From contig JAQGDQ010000215.1 of the NCBI GenBank assembly GCA_030141605.1, positions 248,001 to 312,000 on the forward strand: 64,000 nucleotides of DNA, in the 5' to 3' direction. Source of the DNA: Tubiluchus corallicola (Eukaryota > Animalia > Priapulida). Under the pieces are notes generated by a model. That model was not told the DNA's origin. It saw only the letters and a list, made by a program, of their open reading frames with translations, and searched no databases. The translations under genes and the position numbers were made by a program. This document shows, one piece after another, positions 47,585 through 62,076 of the stretch; the first letter of the stretch is position 1, and each line of letters opens with the position of its first letter.

Positions 47585-50500
47585 CTAGCTCTTTTTTGTG
47601 TGATCTGTAGCTGCAATTTGTGCTGCAAGGTCAGCGAATTTAGCAGAATATTCGACGCTGTTCTCCGTCATAATAGCTTGCAATGCTGTATTCAATGACG
47701 TCTCAGCCTACAAGAACAAAACAAAAACATTTACACGCTAAGTGAAAAACACTGACGCATAACAGCAAATAATTTCTCTTTAGCGACTAGATTTTTCATT
47801 CACAGCAAGCTAATAAAATTTAGCAATAAAAATAATAAAAAAATTTTCTGAGTTGACCACTAACTACTCTCTCTTGGGTGTAGCATTTTCATTAAGCATA
47901 TGCTCTATAGCCAAGACTACAGCCACCTCTTCACCACTGACTACTTTCTCTTGGGTGTAGCATCTCATAAAGCATATGTTCTATAGCCAAGACTACAGCC
48001 ACCTCTTGACCACTGACTACTTTCTCTTGGGTGTAGCATCTCATAAAGCATTTGCTCTATAGCCAAGACTACAGCCACCTCTTGACCACTGATTACTTTC
48101 ACTTGGGTGTAGCATTTTCATAAAGCATATGCACTATAGCCAAGACTACAGCCACCTCTTGACCACTAACTACTTTCTCTTGGGTGTAGCGTTTTCATAA
48201 AGCATATGCTCTATAGCCAAGACTACAGCCACCTCTTGACCACTGACTACTTTCTCTTGGGTGTAGCATCTCATAAAGCATATGCTCTATAGCCAAGACT
48301 ACAGCCACCTCTTGACCACTGACTACTTTCTCTTGGGTGTAACATCTCGTAAAGTATATGCTCCATAGCCAAGACTACAGCCACCTCTTGACCACTGACT
48401 ACTTTCTCTTGGGTGTAGCATCTCATAAAGTATATGCTCTATAGCCAAGACTATAGCCACCTCTTGACCACTGACTACTTTCTCTTGGGTGTAGCATCTC
48501 ATAAAGTATATGCTCTATAGCCAAGACTATAGCCACCTCTTGACCACTGACTACTTTCTCTTGGGTGTAGCACTTCATAAAGCATATGCTCTATAGCCAA
48601 GACTACAGCCACCTCTTGACCACTGATTACTTTCACTTGGGTGTAGCATTTTCATAAAGCATATGCTCTATAGGCAAGACTACAGCCACTTCTTGACCAC
48701 TGACTACTTTCTCTTGGGTGTAGCATTTCATAAAGTATATGCTCTATAGCCACCTCTTGACCACTGACTACTTTCACTTTGTGTGACATTTTCATAAAGC
48801 ATATGCTCTGTAGCCATGCTAAAAATTTTAAACCATGTAACTATTGACAACCATATTGCATTAATATATATTTTATTTAGTTTTTATTTTAGAATTCATT
48901 TTGTACATTAAAAAAGTACATAATATTATAAAATGTTAAAACAGTCAGCTATACACGTTATATAAAAATTACAAGAGGCTAGTTAAAATATTTATATACA
49001 TGTATAAGCAACAAGTCCTTGCTTAAGGACCCTAATGTGTTCCAGCAAAATGCGACTTACTGTACATACATATGCATCTAAACAAAACACATGAGGCAAG
49101 TGAATGAAATACATAACACACATAGGCCTGCAATGAATACAATAAAAATTTTATATTTAAAAAAATAAGATGTTAGTTGAAACTGATTATTCTTGAAGTT
49201 ATTCAGCGTTTATCCTCACTTCTAGAAAATAAAGTTGAAAAAAGTCTTACCAGAGGATCGAAAGACTTCCCAAACAGAGTGTCCCTAGACGACTCACTAA
49301 TTAAACTGACCGGGAGGTGAGAATTGTTATTTTTCAGCGGGCTGTCATCCGTGAGCAAGCTAGAGAAGAGTGAATGACTGTCCTGTAAAACAAATTAAAG
49401 CAATTAGATGTGAAAAGACACACAATGAAGTGAAGTTAACATTTACCTCAAAGTATTTTAAACAAGCAAAGATCACCTCGACTTGACCGACGATTCGTAA
49501 ATTATGTACATGATCTTTATATGTGAAAGGAAACTCAAAGAATCATAAGCATCTAATTTACTTACTTCTCCATTTAGCCAAGCTCCTTGAGAACTACAAT
49601 CACCTCTGAAGTGAGCTTGCGGATTCAAGTTACCTAGCAACATGGCGGTAGCATCACCAGTGCCCTCTTTGCTTTGATGTGAGGGAGTATGCACATTCTC
49701 CAATAACGAAGTGGTGGTATCACCTGCTTTGTTATGACTATTTGCATCAGTCTTTACATTCAGGTTGGCCAATAACGTCAAATCAGAATCGTTAATTTTG
49801 CCAGTGTTGTTAACCTTACTAGCTGCTTCGCTGAGAAGACCTGTAAGCAGAAAAATCATTAATAATCATAGCATAAAGGAAGCTGAGCACCCAGAACCGA
49901 TCAACTAGTTAGATTTATGAAGATTTTAACAAATAATCTTATTAAGTTACTAAGTTTAAAGTTACTATACTAGACATTACCAGAGAAAGAAGGGCCACCA
50001 CCGAATGCATAGTCGATGAGCTTCTCAGCTGATTCCGCTAAACCACTGGAAGTCAAACCTACAGTAGGAAAAAAACGTTAAAACATTTCTATAGACTATA
50101 TTTTGATTTCAAATTATAGCTTCTAAATTAACCGAACAGATGAGATGTTTCAAAATTTTGACCACAAAAATATTACAAATGGAAACGTACTACTATTTTC
50201 ATGCACACAGTGACTACTATATAGGCTCTAATCTTACCATCCATAGACTGCAATGAGATATCAAACATCGAACGCGAGTTCAAATAGGACTTTTCCGAAA
50301 CAGCGTGTGGGAGTTTGCCAACATCTGGAGAAACAGACTCAGACGAGGGGATAAGCTGTGATAACAGCGATCGAGCAGGTGAACTTGTACACAACGGTGT
50401 CTCTGTAAATAAATTAAAAAGAAGCATTTCTCAAAGATCTTAGAAACATAAAACATTTAGTAAAAAAAATAACAAAAATTTACGTTGCACAAAATGACCA

Positions 50501-53500
50501 TTATATAGTATATAAGGTGTGCTCACCAATGTCTTTTTGTTCCTTCGTAACAGATTCCGGAAGAATCCCTGAAAAACAATTTTATATCGATTGTTCGTAA
50601 TTAATAAATTCAGTAAGAATATTTTAGAGCAAAATCTGATGGTCATTTAAAAACTGTATGAATATCAATTCAAAATCAGTAGAATAAACTTCATGACAAA
50701 CTATTCGTACATGGTCCAGTCTATGTAATAGAAACTTACTGAACTAGTCGACCTCATCTAACTGAAAGACTTACAAAAACGATAGACATTAATTAGCAGG
50801 AATTAAAACTCATCATCACACTGCAGGTGAAATTACCAATTCTCCACTAAGAGGTATTTTTAAATGTCTACATTAAAGACATTCGATGGATCCTACTTAC
50901 GTATAGCAGTTTGAATTTCTTCAGCTGTGGAAGTGACTAGAGTAGTTGATTTCGTTTGTACAGTTGGCTCCGATACTATAACTTTCGTAACGGTCGCCTC
51001 AGGTAAGAGCACATTATGCTCCTTTGACACAGTCCTGGTGTTAGTCAAGTGTGATATCCCAGGCACAGACAGATGACTAGATGCAGGCAGAGCAGAAGAA
51101 AGGCCCACGAGGGCGGATGCGGATTCCGGTGTTGATAAGAAGCCTATGTTGATTGGTGTTGTGTCAGCTATGATTGTCGTGTCTGCAGGAGTAATTTTGG
51201 CACCCGACGCGCTCGAATTGAAACTATTAAATAGGCCACTTGCTACAGAACTGACATCATGTGGAACTAGTGAAAACGGCATCACGTGTGTGGTCACCTT
51301 AGGTACTAAAGCTCTCTGAAAGAAATCAAAAGCTATGACAACTGAGTTAAAAAACCCAACTTCACAACAACATAGCAAATACAGTTTTTGTTACAAATCT
51401 AAAGACGAAAAGCTATGGTGAGATTACACAAATAAATTAGGATTTCACGAAAAACCAGCATTACTGACAGTATTGTAAAACTGCGTCTGTGCAATAGGTT
51501 AGATAATTATGAAAACGTTATGAAAAGAAGCAAAATGGGCCTAAATAGTTACTGCATCTGTTTAACTCCTTCAGGACCTATATCATTCAAAATGGGTCTT
51601 ATAAGACCTATGACTTTTCTGCTACTATATGAGCAGAGACATAACTAAATGATTACAAATTAGGTACTGTTCTATTCAATAGAATCCTGGCTATCCACTC
51701 ATGCTATTTGTTTAAGCATTTATAAATGATTTAATAGTCTGGTGTACACTTGCATGATCGTTCACACTAATTTATTGATCGCCTGCTTGCTACAGCCCAA
51801 GTTGTGCAATGTTCTGCAGCTATTCCAGGAAAAAGAACCGATCAGCTAACGAAAAATTGTTCCATCTTTTAACAGGAAGTTCTCTTTAAAAATACAGTAG
51901 ACTTGAGGCCAAAGTGTATCAGAGTGTTGTGACTGATGAAAGCTTTTTTCAATTTTTTCTGTCAAAAATCGATTTTTAATTTGTCTAAGGCAAGCAAATG
52001 CATTTCGTATATATTTTGCATAAAAGCCCATTGTATGAGGAGTAGAAGCATCAAAAATGATCAAATATAATGTAATTGCTGCTTAAGTGAGAGCAGTTCT
52101 TTATGAACGCATACAAAATGCAGCAAACACTTATGGTCCTGAAGGAGTTACAAGGACAGGTGGCTTGCGCTGTCACCATTTTTCCTCCAGTACACTAAAA
52201 GCCGAGTCAGGTTATAAAGGAATAGGGAGAGTTCTGTTTGAGCGAAACAAGGCTAAAAAAATTCCGGCAAGATCAACTTTTATTCTTCAAATTAGCTGGC
52301 ACTTAATGATATCATTAATTAGATTATGATCGTGAAGGCCAGAATGCCAGGTCAGACAATAATTCTGACAAGAGTTTATTCAGACCTAGGGCTCACAGAT
52401 CAGGAGCCAAGGATTGTAATCATTATGCCAGTACGCTTTCCTATGACTACAGTGATATAAAATGAACAATACCTGTACAACCAGGGGTTTCCTTTGCTTC
52501 TTTCTTGTATTCTAAAACAGACAAAGCAATTATTAAATTTTCCAAACTTTTCTAAATATTCTAATAACAATCTACTATGAAAGGTGACAAAATACTTTTT
52601 CTTTTTACCTAAAGTAAGTATCTAGAAGCAATTATTTAAAAAAGAAAATCAAGCTTCTCGTACCGACATCATTCCAATTTGAGCTATAAAACTCTTCGTT
52701 GGCATAGTCTGCACAGGAGGCGTACTTGCTGGTTTCAATGGTCTAGGAGCTGTAACGGTTGGTCGCCTAAAACCGCCGTCAAACTGAGAGTCATTGACAG
52801 CACCAATGCCTGTTGTTACTGTAGGAGTGACAGCTTGTAGTTGAGAAGCCTAAAGTAGAGAAAATTTGGGGGTTAATTAGACTGTAAAGAAGAACCAACA
52901 GACAATCAAGTGAATTATTTTAACTGGAAAAGGTTATTCTTTAACTCCACAAAAGAATGACAAAATGCCTCTAGAAACACAAGTAATAGTTGCAACTATA
53001 TATATATATATATGGCAGTCCAAGAAATTGCATGTTGCTTAGACTAAATTCATACTTCAGAAGCCTCAGCTACCGCACTAGCAATAAATCTTGACGAAGC
53101 CAAGTCACGTCTTGAGGACTTTGGCGTTACCGGGTTCTGTGTTCGACATGTGTTACGCGACAAAGCCGGACTACGCACGGTTGACTTGCCCACAGGTGGT
53201 GAAGACGGCACACCCGAATGACGACAGCAACATGGTGAAGACGACAGCATGTTAGCCTGTAACAAAAATCGATGTGCATTCAGCTAGCTGTACATAATAT
53301 ATGGCATGCACATTAAAGAAATTTTAGCTTTGAATTAAGCAAGTGGTCATTGGTTCAAACTGATAATTTATAGTTATTAAACTCAAGCTTCAAATGATGT
53401 ACAAAAAGACACGAAAACTATATTATTGAATTAGCTTTCAACCCCACAGTACAAAGGTTCATTGCAGTAAAACTCTATCATAAGCAAACATATTTGTTTC

Positions 53501-56500
53501 AGTATTAACTTAGTAAAGGCACACAGCACACAATCACAACCTATGTAAACTGCAAAATACATAAATTCTAATAGTCTGTATTGTATAACAAGGCTGAAAC
53601 AATATAAAAAATTCTCATTTCAGTGAATCAACACCAACGTAAGAAAAACCCAATTACAGCCACAAATCGGTTTTCAACCAGCAAATTCGAGTTGAAATTG
53701 TCTCCGTTCTCGAACAGAATTTCAGTACTTGACCAACCGACAAGCACGCGCGGCGAGCCGAGTAGACCCGAGCGTAACCGACCACGCCCGAGAGTAGTCA
53801 CACACGTGTTTCTGCTCTTGCTTACGTATACCATCACACTGCTACCAACACGTAAGGTTTTTTCATGTAGGAATAATGATGTTTTTCTTTCTAAGGAATT
53901 CTATTATGTTTTTTCTTGTCAATAATATCACATCTACTGTTTGAATAAGCATTTTCGCATTACTATATTTCATTTTGATAAAACTTTGCAGTTCATTTGG
54001 TGCTTGAGAACGGATTATTTGTTTTACATTATTTCTTATGTGAATAAGTCATTCAGTACTCAAACAAATCGGTTTTCAAACATTTTTTAGGAACGAATCA
54101 AGGTCGAAAACCGAGGTATGACTGTAAACATTAACTAAATGGTTTTCAATGAAGAAATTTTGAATCATTTAGTATAGAGAAATGTTTACATATCCATCAC
54201 AAATATCGTACCTGTTTAATCTTATTAGCTTTAAACTCAGTCGCTGCAAGTGACACTAATTTGGAAAGGCACTGCACCAGTTTCTTATCAATCGCATCCT
54301 AGAAGTGTTTCCCAATGGATTAGTGGGGACGTCAAAAAATTGCGCACAACGGCACGCTTTACCACACCCCCACAGCTATGTAAGGTCTACGAACTGAGTC
54401 CAAATAACAGACAGCATCACAAAAATTACAACATGGAATGAAAATCCATCGACTAGTGACTACAGTAGTTAACTACGATTTACAGGTTATATGAAAAAGC
54501 CCATAAATATGGCTGTTGTGGGCTTCGTAGAAGATTACGTTATACGAATGAGGTTAAGTTACATTGAGTAGCACCTTGTGAACAACTTACTTTCCTGGTA
54601 AAACTATTTTTCTACCTCAAGCATTCTGTTTCTCTAACCGATTTCACAAAATAATCAGAATTTATATCAAAATTTTGGCAATTGAAAAATCAATTGCATT
54701 TCGTAAATTAACTGATACTGTTAAGGAAAAACTTACAGAGGTATCATCTGATATCCATTCATACTCCAGTTTTACCTTCCCCGGACTTCCAAGCTGAAAA
54801 AACAACAAGTTGTTCATACAATGCATAAGTAATATATAAAAAGAAAACCTGAAGCCAACTGCAAAACCATTAGATGTTAGTGAAACAAAATAGAATTAAC
54901 GACCCATATTATTTACTCTTAGAGCAAAATCGGACCCAAGCCTAAACTGTAGGTCAAAACAATCTATTCTTTAAAATTTCGAAAGGAAACATGCTATTTT
55001 TTTCAAAAATGACTTACGTGAAAGAATTATTACCACACAAACACAATTTCACATTTATGCCACTAGTTCTTTGCTGTTACATGCATTTCGCTATTCATTA
55101 GTTAGACAGGCACTAGTGCCTGCATTTCGAAAATGCATTGCACAAAAAACAGGCGCTGTACCTCTCAGTTCATATGTATTAGCTTGTGACGAACTGCACA
55201 CATTCGACAGCTTATGCTTGAGCACAGCGGTAAATTTGTAACTTGCCGAATTTTACTACAACACACTGAATATATTACAATAGCACTGTACTCCAATTTT
55301 CTCTTTCGCAAACATGTGCAACACGCTCATGGAATATTTTTCTTGTTGAAAATTATGTTAGTTTGTGATATCATCAACAGTTGGGCTCACCTGCCGTTAA
55401 TTAAGTTTTTGATCTAATATTTAATTATCAGAAACGATTTTGCAGTATTAATTGTGCTAAAATGCATACTTTTTATCGGACTTGAAAATGGGGTAGTATA
55501 TGAAAAATCATCTTGTCTTCCTTTAAGTGCATTTCAATAGTATGTACTTTTGCCCTATAATTAGATGACATTAAGTGACACATGTAAGTGCCCGAACATA
55601 AGATATATAGGCTTAACTAACATTTACCATCAAATAAATTTCGCCGATAGTAATGTTATCTGCCTGTACTATTGTCCAGCCTTTTCGAATATCTTCTTCA
55701 CTCAGTGGTAACTTTTGTTTCTTGCTCGCTACGGTAACGGGAGTCGGTCCGGTTTGTTTTTCACCGACTGACGAATCACAAGTCGGTTTACACCTGTCGT
55801 CAATATGACTCTGACCACTGTCGTTGCTTATTTCCGTGTACGCCGTATCACTTCTCCGAACGCTCTCAGTGTCGCTCAAGGATTGCGGCACTTGTTCTGT
55901 GTCACTGTTTAACACTTCAATGCTGTTTTGTTGTCCGTTAACGAGAGTAGTCGCTGTACTAGCTATGACGTCACACGAAATATCTGCAGGTTTGCAATTT
56001 GGTAAATTGCTCTCTGCTTCTCCTAACTCATTGTGCTAGAACAAGAAAAGATCTTAAAAAACAGTACACTCGTATCTCGCTTTGCTGTACAGAAGTGGGG
56101 AGATGTCGGTCCGAATTTGCCGATTGTCCGTATTTACCGATACTAAGCTAGTACAGTACATGCCGTGTATTAGGGTCATGGTAATGTAGAATCAATCGCC
56201 TAACTGTCTCAAAAATGTCTAATACGGGCTCCTATGCAAAAGTATATAAAACTCTGCATAATTCCACACACATGCTGATTAAACCTCTTAAACACACTGG
56301 CATACAAGATACACACGTGTCGTCACACGCTGCTTGGTTGCACTGATGTAAACAAAGTGACGATCCGCCACCTAGTGGCAGCTCGCAAAACCACAGACTG
56401 CGGAACTTTATAACGGTCCAGATTTTGCCCGATTCTTCCGATATCCATAAAAGCGAGGTCCGGCAAATCGAGATACGAGCGTATTAATGGAAGACAACTA

Positions 56501-59500
56501 ACTCATAAGATTGAACAAGTGGGAAAATAAAAAAGCAAAGAACATTTAACCTATAAAGGATATTACATAATGCAAGATTAACAATGTATATTCTTACATA
56601 GCAACATGTAATTGTAATGAAACAGGCCATTAATTTAAATATCAGTTTACAAACCTCAACCAAATTATTTGTTCCAGCCTTTTCCCCGCCTGCTGCACTT
56701 TCCGCCGATGATAAGTGTGCATCATGCGCATCACGACTATCATCTGATGATATCTCCGCACACGAATTTCCGCTTTGACTACCATGGCAATCTTCACTTT
56801 TTTCATCCATTTCTTCAGCTTCCGCATCTTTCTCGACTCTATCACAGTCTTCCGTTTCCCGGTGACCGTTGATAAACTTTTTGCGGAAACTCTTCAACGT
56901 AACGTCGGCACTTACATTGTGTTCACTTCCCTGCACGGTGATTGGACATATGGTGATGCCTTTTGTGGGTTTTAGTCGCAAAATTTTCTCTTGATCATCC
57001 TCTAGCTTTAAATCCATTTTGTCTTTCTGTGGATTCAATGATAAAAATGAAGATTCAATTACTAGTAGACTATCTATAATGGAGCTATATAAAAACTTAA
57101 GGATCCAATAATTAATTACTAAAATCAAAATTACCCCCAATTTTCAAAAATATTTCGGACGAATGATTGTTTTCATTTTTTTGCAATTAGACACATCTGT
57201 GGGACAAAAATGTAAAAACAACAAAGCAAAATTTTCCTCATTGCAAATTTGCAAACATCTTAAAGGCAAATTATATTTAGTTTTTTTGAGAGATGAGCAT
57301 TTAATCGTACAATCAAACACAGAACGATTAATAAATGAAAACTAAGACAATTGATTTGTATACCCCGTCAAATAAAAGCAGCAAAATGTTCATTTTTAGT
57401 AAACTCAGCCATCATTCTACATAAAAAATGTCAAGCAAGAAACACATTTTACCATCCTTGATAATGACGTCCTCCATTTTCTTGACAAAAGTCTGATGAT
57501 AGTCGACAAGTGTTTATTTGCTGGTATGCTCAGTCGCACATTTGGATTTTGAGCAAGCGAATGAACGCGAGAAAAAGCGTCATTATTATGTGGACGTAGT
57601 TCCAAAATTACAAATGGTGGCAACTTTGGTGGCGGCTCAACCTCCTTGGGTTCTGAAAACAAGCAAACTAGACTTAATCTTGGTACAACCCAAAATAATC
57701 TAATTTGTTTACTAGGTTTACTATTGAAACAGCAAAAACTTGTTTGAGACACTTTTGGAAGTTGTAGCAGGAACTTGGAAAGAATCGCAGAAACTAAATG
57801 TGTTGTCACAGGAATGATCAAACATCGCTAAACAACCAGTGACTTTTAAAATATTTATGTAATAAACACTGCCAGTGCTGTGTACGCAGAGGAGTGAAAT
57901 TAAACAATGCTGTACCTGCTCAGTAAATGGATAGATGAACACTGTATTCATTAAGCATTCTGAATATTTCATTCACCATGCTCAATCTGGCTATTTCTCT
58001 CATTGAAAAAGATCTATTCATATGCAATGTTGACTAATAAGCTTAGTGTCGCATCTTAGATGATAGTCTTAATAAAGAGCTATGTTCCTGTCCTACCACA
58101 CCTATTCGTATTAAGTATGCCCTGTCACTGAGTCCTAGATTCTGGCTTTCAGTGTGTCAAACTATATGAACATGACATTGATCAAAGAACAAGCTGGATA
58201 CATGCAACTCACCTTCAACATTGTGCAGTTTCTTCAAGGCCGGGCATATTGGAGTTTTCACTCGAATATTCTTTGAACCCTTTGGTCCTTTTGTCCTCAC
58301 AAAAGTTGTTCTATGAAATATAAAAGTAACAAGAATCACTCTCTCATTCAACGTTCAAAAAAAGAAGAGCACCTGCAACTGACAAGATGAGATGTAAAAA
58401 TTTACAGGTAGTACAATTACCTGAAAATAACTAAGCGAATGTGACGGAGTAAACTCACAATGGTCGAGTTTTGGAAGCGATTTTCTTAAAAAAAGGAAAT
58501 GTGAAAAAGTCGATTAGCCCGGATTTGAACTCGGACCTTTGGCTTACAAAGGTGAATACCACGATACTAAAGAAAGACCACCACACCCAACGGATTATAA
58601 CAATGTTCATACCATCATTAATAATGATCACGAACTAAAGAGTTAAGCAATTAATTTCATGAATAAAAAAATTAGTAACTTACCCACTGTTTATTAGTTC
58701 CTGGAGTTTCTGCCCATTTTTTTCATTCATTCCTGCAGATTGACAAAATAACATTTCACCGCAATTCCAGCTGATACACGAGCGCCAGTGCATTTTTAAG
58801 TGTTAACCTTACTTCAAAGCAGATTAGGATGATGTAAGTTTGCTGGTAACAAGGTAGTTGAATGACAAACTTAACAAGAGTTCTTATCTAAGTGCAATTC
58901 TAAATGTAAACGTTTTCTTTCTGATACAAAAAAGTACCAAAATTCTTCGTTTTAAAGCGTTTATTAATGTACGCGAATAAGAATACAAAATACTTACGTC
59001 CAGCAATTTTGCTTCTTAATGCGCTGTAGTTTATTAGGCCATATAATTCTTGCGTTTGTTTCTTTATGTCTGAAATGAATCAGTTTGACTTAGAAAAAAA
59101 ACAGTGTAAAAATTGCTTAGAATAATAATTTCAATTTGAGAATGCAATTGCCAATTGTAGGTGCACCCAGTTTGGTAAAGGTTTAAAATTTCAAGCCAAA
59201 AAGCCTCAAATTGGTTGTACTTTTAGCTCCAGGATTTTACACATTGTAACTTTTATAGGGACAACATACCATCACCCAAGTCCAGATGCTTCGATATTTT
59301 GTGCCACGTACGATAGTAAAAAAACCGAATTTGGTCCTTGTTTTTTGGAACTATGTCTTGAGTTTGCATCTTCTTTTTAGACTTGGCAGCGATATAATTT
59401 TGGATCGCTTCAAAATCTTTTCCATGCTGAAAATACCAATAACACATAAATAGATTTAAATTTATCCTTAGCAGGCGCAGGCCATATGCTAAGCAACTGT

Positions 59501-60165
59501 CAACCGAGCATCCTAAATGCAGCTTTAGCACAACTTGTAACTTATATAAGATATGAACGGGTCTTTGGATTTTGTAATAAAATGTTAATGCTTGGAAGTA
59601 CTTCATTAACCTTGTATACTGAGAAACACATAATCAATTATTGATGGTATAACATACCTCACACAGGGCCTCGAAGAAAAGTTTAACATCATTGCTATTC
59701 CAGAGTTCCCAAGGACGTCTAGGTTTCACAGGAGGGGAACTTGTTGGTGATAACGTAGTTTGTGAGGGTGCAACTTTAGCTGAAATAGCAATACTTAACA
59801 GTATAATATATAATTTAACAAAAAAGTTTGTAAACAAATGACAAGCGATATAACTATAAGCTTGCATAAGAAGCTCTGCATGAACGAGACTAAAAACATC
59901 TTTTATTATAGCCATGTTTGAAAGATTTAGTGAAATAAAAACCTGGCCGTTTTGCTGGTGGTTGTGGCAAAGGTGGAGTTGAGTCTCGCCGTCGCCTTGG
60001 TACACGTGTACTGGCTCGCAATGGCTGACCGCCAGACGGTGAAAGGGAATCCGGGGCAGGCTTAGCAACTATTTCAACACATTGCAACTTCTGCAACTTG
60101 GAACGTGTCTCATGACGATGGTTAGCAACTATTTCAAGAACGCTGTCATGTTGCCCAGTGCTCAT
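47585..60165 (-). CDS. CRAMP1: Cramped / CRAMP1 chromatin regulator (SANT domain), 20 coding exons
   Basis: Exons 5'->3': 60165-59943, 59779-59658, 59426-59270, 59069-58998, 58732-58684, 58310-58213, 57652-57453, 57026-56655, 56035-55628, 54793-54737, 54298-54212, 53256-53056, 52849-52664, 52511-52473, 51315-50901, 50402-50238, 50058-49981, 49840-49566, 49382-49251, 47707-47585. All are GT-AG and phase-compatible. Motifs: RRPWELW...FFEALCEHGKDFEAIQ, KNKDQIRFFYYRTWHKI, QELYGLINY, RVKTPICPALKKL, LAQNPNVR, GEIYLMLG.PGKVKLEYEW, RKPLVVQR, MTENSVEYSAKFADLAAQI. The start ATG is the least certain part. Confidence 0.95.
47854..48815. repeat. Minisatellite, 76-bp unit, ~12-13 copies, in the last CRAMP1 intron
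   Basis: Unit TGACCACTGACTACTTTCTCTTGGGTGTAGCATCTCATAAAGCATATGCTCTATAGCCAAGACTACAGCCACCTCT; spacing measured as 48007 to 48083. Confidence 0.95.
51566..52147. mobile_element. piggyBac-like MITE
   Basis: TTAA|CTCCTTCAGGACC...GGTCCTGAAGGAG|TTAC: perfect 13-bp TIR, right TTAA mutated. Confidence 0.82.
53621..54124. mobile_element. Tigger/pogo-like non-autonomous element (degenerate left end)
   Basis: Right end AACCGAGGTATGACTG|TA is Tigger-like. CAGT at the left end. Repeated CAAATCGGTTTTCAA subterminal motif. Confidence 0.55.
54923..55522. mobile_element. Kolobok-like element family K1, copy 3
   Basis: TTAG|AGCAAAAT...GTCTTCCT|TTAA; collinear with copies 1 and 2. Confidence 0.82.
56067..56481. 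mobile_element. Tc1/mariner-type MITE
   Basis: TA|CACTCGTATCTCGCTTTGCTG...CGGCAAATCGAGATACGAGCG|TA: ~21-bp imperfect TIR with TA TSD. Confidence 0.8.
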
Positions 60166-60700
60166 TGCCTTGTCTGCAGTTTGGTTTTTCTTATTAAAAG
60201 ACAAGAAAAACAATTCAACAAAATATAATCAAGAAAGCTTTTTATCTTTTCTTTGTGATCTCAATTGTATTTATTATTGAATTGTTCACTAAAAGATACT
60301 TCTAACATTGTGAAAACGCATAATAGTTCGCAAAAACGTCAAATATATATATTAATATCAGACAAAACATGAAGAAAATTTACTGCAAAACGCCCAAGAA
60401 AAATGGCGGCTGTATATTGCTAGTAAAATATACCAAGTTTGTTCTATTAAAACATAATCATCTTTGTCAAACACATCCTCCTTTCGTTTAACCATAACAA
60501 GAATAATTTATAATCGCTAACATTGCTTTTGATTAAGCGAACTTTACAAAATTATACAGAAATATTAAAAAGATGTTTCTCCACGTCAAACAAAAACAAC
60601 CCAATTTATTCCCTTCTGCGTTCACAAACGGCAGAAAGTTCGCGGTTGACTGCTCGGCGACATCTAGTGTGCAGTTGTTGAAACCCATTATAAAAAAACT
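60166..60700 (-). promoter_or_regulatory. Putative CRAMP1 5'UTR/promoter region
   Basis: YY1-like AAAATGGCGGC (60400-60410) and CTCF-like GGCGACATCTAGTGTG (60656-60671) upstream of the ATG. Motif-level evidence only. Confidence 0.4.
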
Positions 60701-61319
60701 CACAGTGATTACAGGAAGCAAAGGAAATAAACACAAAAAACTAGTCAAGGATAGGATATTTCACGGATAACAGACTTGGACTTTAACAAATCAGGATTTC
60801 ATATAATAATCACAACGGTGGGATTTTCACAATGTCAGGTAAAATCAATTCAAGCCACTTTCCCAAGGTCCGGCTACGGCTCTCCATGACTGACGTAGTA
60901 ATGAAATTTGCGAATAAATTATGACTTGCGATTTAAATGATATACATATGTGAGGAATAAGCCGAAATTTCGATGAACAATCCACTGTTTCTCAGTTTCT
61001 TCACTGTTGAGTTCTGAGTTTTAACTAACGAGTAACGATCTTTCTGAGGAACTATCCTGCCTAATTCATGAATGAGCAGTTACCTAGTAGTCATAATAAT
61101 CTAGTTAGTTTCTATTTAGTTTCTAGTGCAAACGGCCCGGCCAGGCAGCTAGTCTTTTTTAATTTGTGCGGCAACATTCTGATTGGCTTAGACCAAAAAG
61201 CTGACAAACGTTTAATATAGAAATCAAGTAACGTAGAAAATAAAATAAATCTGTAATTTCCTCATATTAGTGAGCCAGCTAGTCAACAACTGACGAAGTT
61301 AAAAATGTTAGTCTTTTTC

Positions 61320-61525
61320 TCCACCACCGCCGCTGCCGCCAGCGCCACTTACACCACCCCTACCACCACCACACCACCACTACCACCACCACAACCACCA
61401 TCACCACCACTAACATCAGCAACACCACCACCACCACCACCACCACAACCACCACCATCACCACCATCATAATCATTATCTTCACTGTCCTCATTGTCAT
61501 TTCATCATCATCATCATTATCATTA
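61320..61525. repeat. (CAC/CAT)n microsatellite
   Basis: Direct reading. Confidence 0.88.
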
Positions 61526-61903
61526 ATAGGTGTTCACTCAATTGCGACTGAAATTTAAATTACTAGAAAATAATTTAACAGCAACATATATACAATGTTG
61601 ATAATTATGATAGGATTATTTCTGTGTGGCCCACGTTGAATAGTTCGGCAGAAATAGAATTTTTTCGTTGCTCTGCAAAGCTGATTACATGCTTATAATC
61701 TCAGTAATTTCTCCAGTTCGCAGGTGTGCAACGGCTGCAATCATCTTTTGAAAGTTTAAGCTTAAATCATTAAATTTCGTCATGAGTTTTCCAACATTTC
61801 ACGCTTGGAAGTTTCTAAACAATTACTAGAGCATTTGAGCCTGTATGAAACAAAATACCGTGTTTGGTGAGAGATGGAATCTGATAGAAAATAAATGTGA
61901 AAT

Positions 61904-61981
61904 GTGATGATGATGATGATGATAATGATGATGATGATGATGATGACGTTGATGATGATGATGATGACGTTGATGATGATA

Positions 61982-62022
<41 letters not shown>

Positions 62023-62076
62023 GATGATGATGATGATGATGATGATGACGACGACGACGACGACGATGATGATGAT
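61904..62076. repeat. (GAT/GAC)n microsatellite
   Basis: Direct reading. Confidence 0.92.

Noticed and set aside
47854-48815. CRISPR-like array
   Set aside because: Units are contiguous with no unique spacers, the context is a eukaryotic intron, and there are no cas genes.
58515-58565. tRNA gene on the - strand (also ~28055-28115 on +)
   Set aside because: Only B-box-like remnants are present and no cloverleaf can be drawn; at most old SINE heads.
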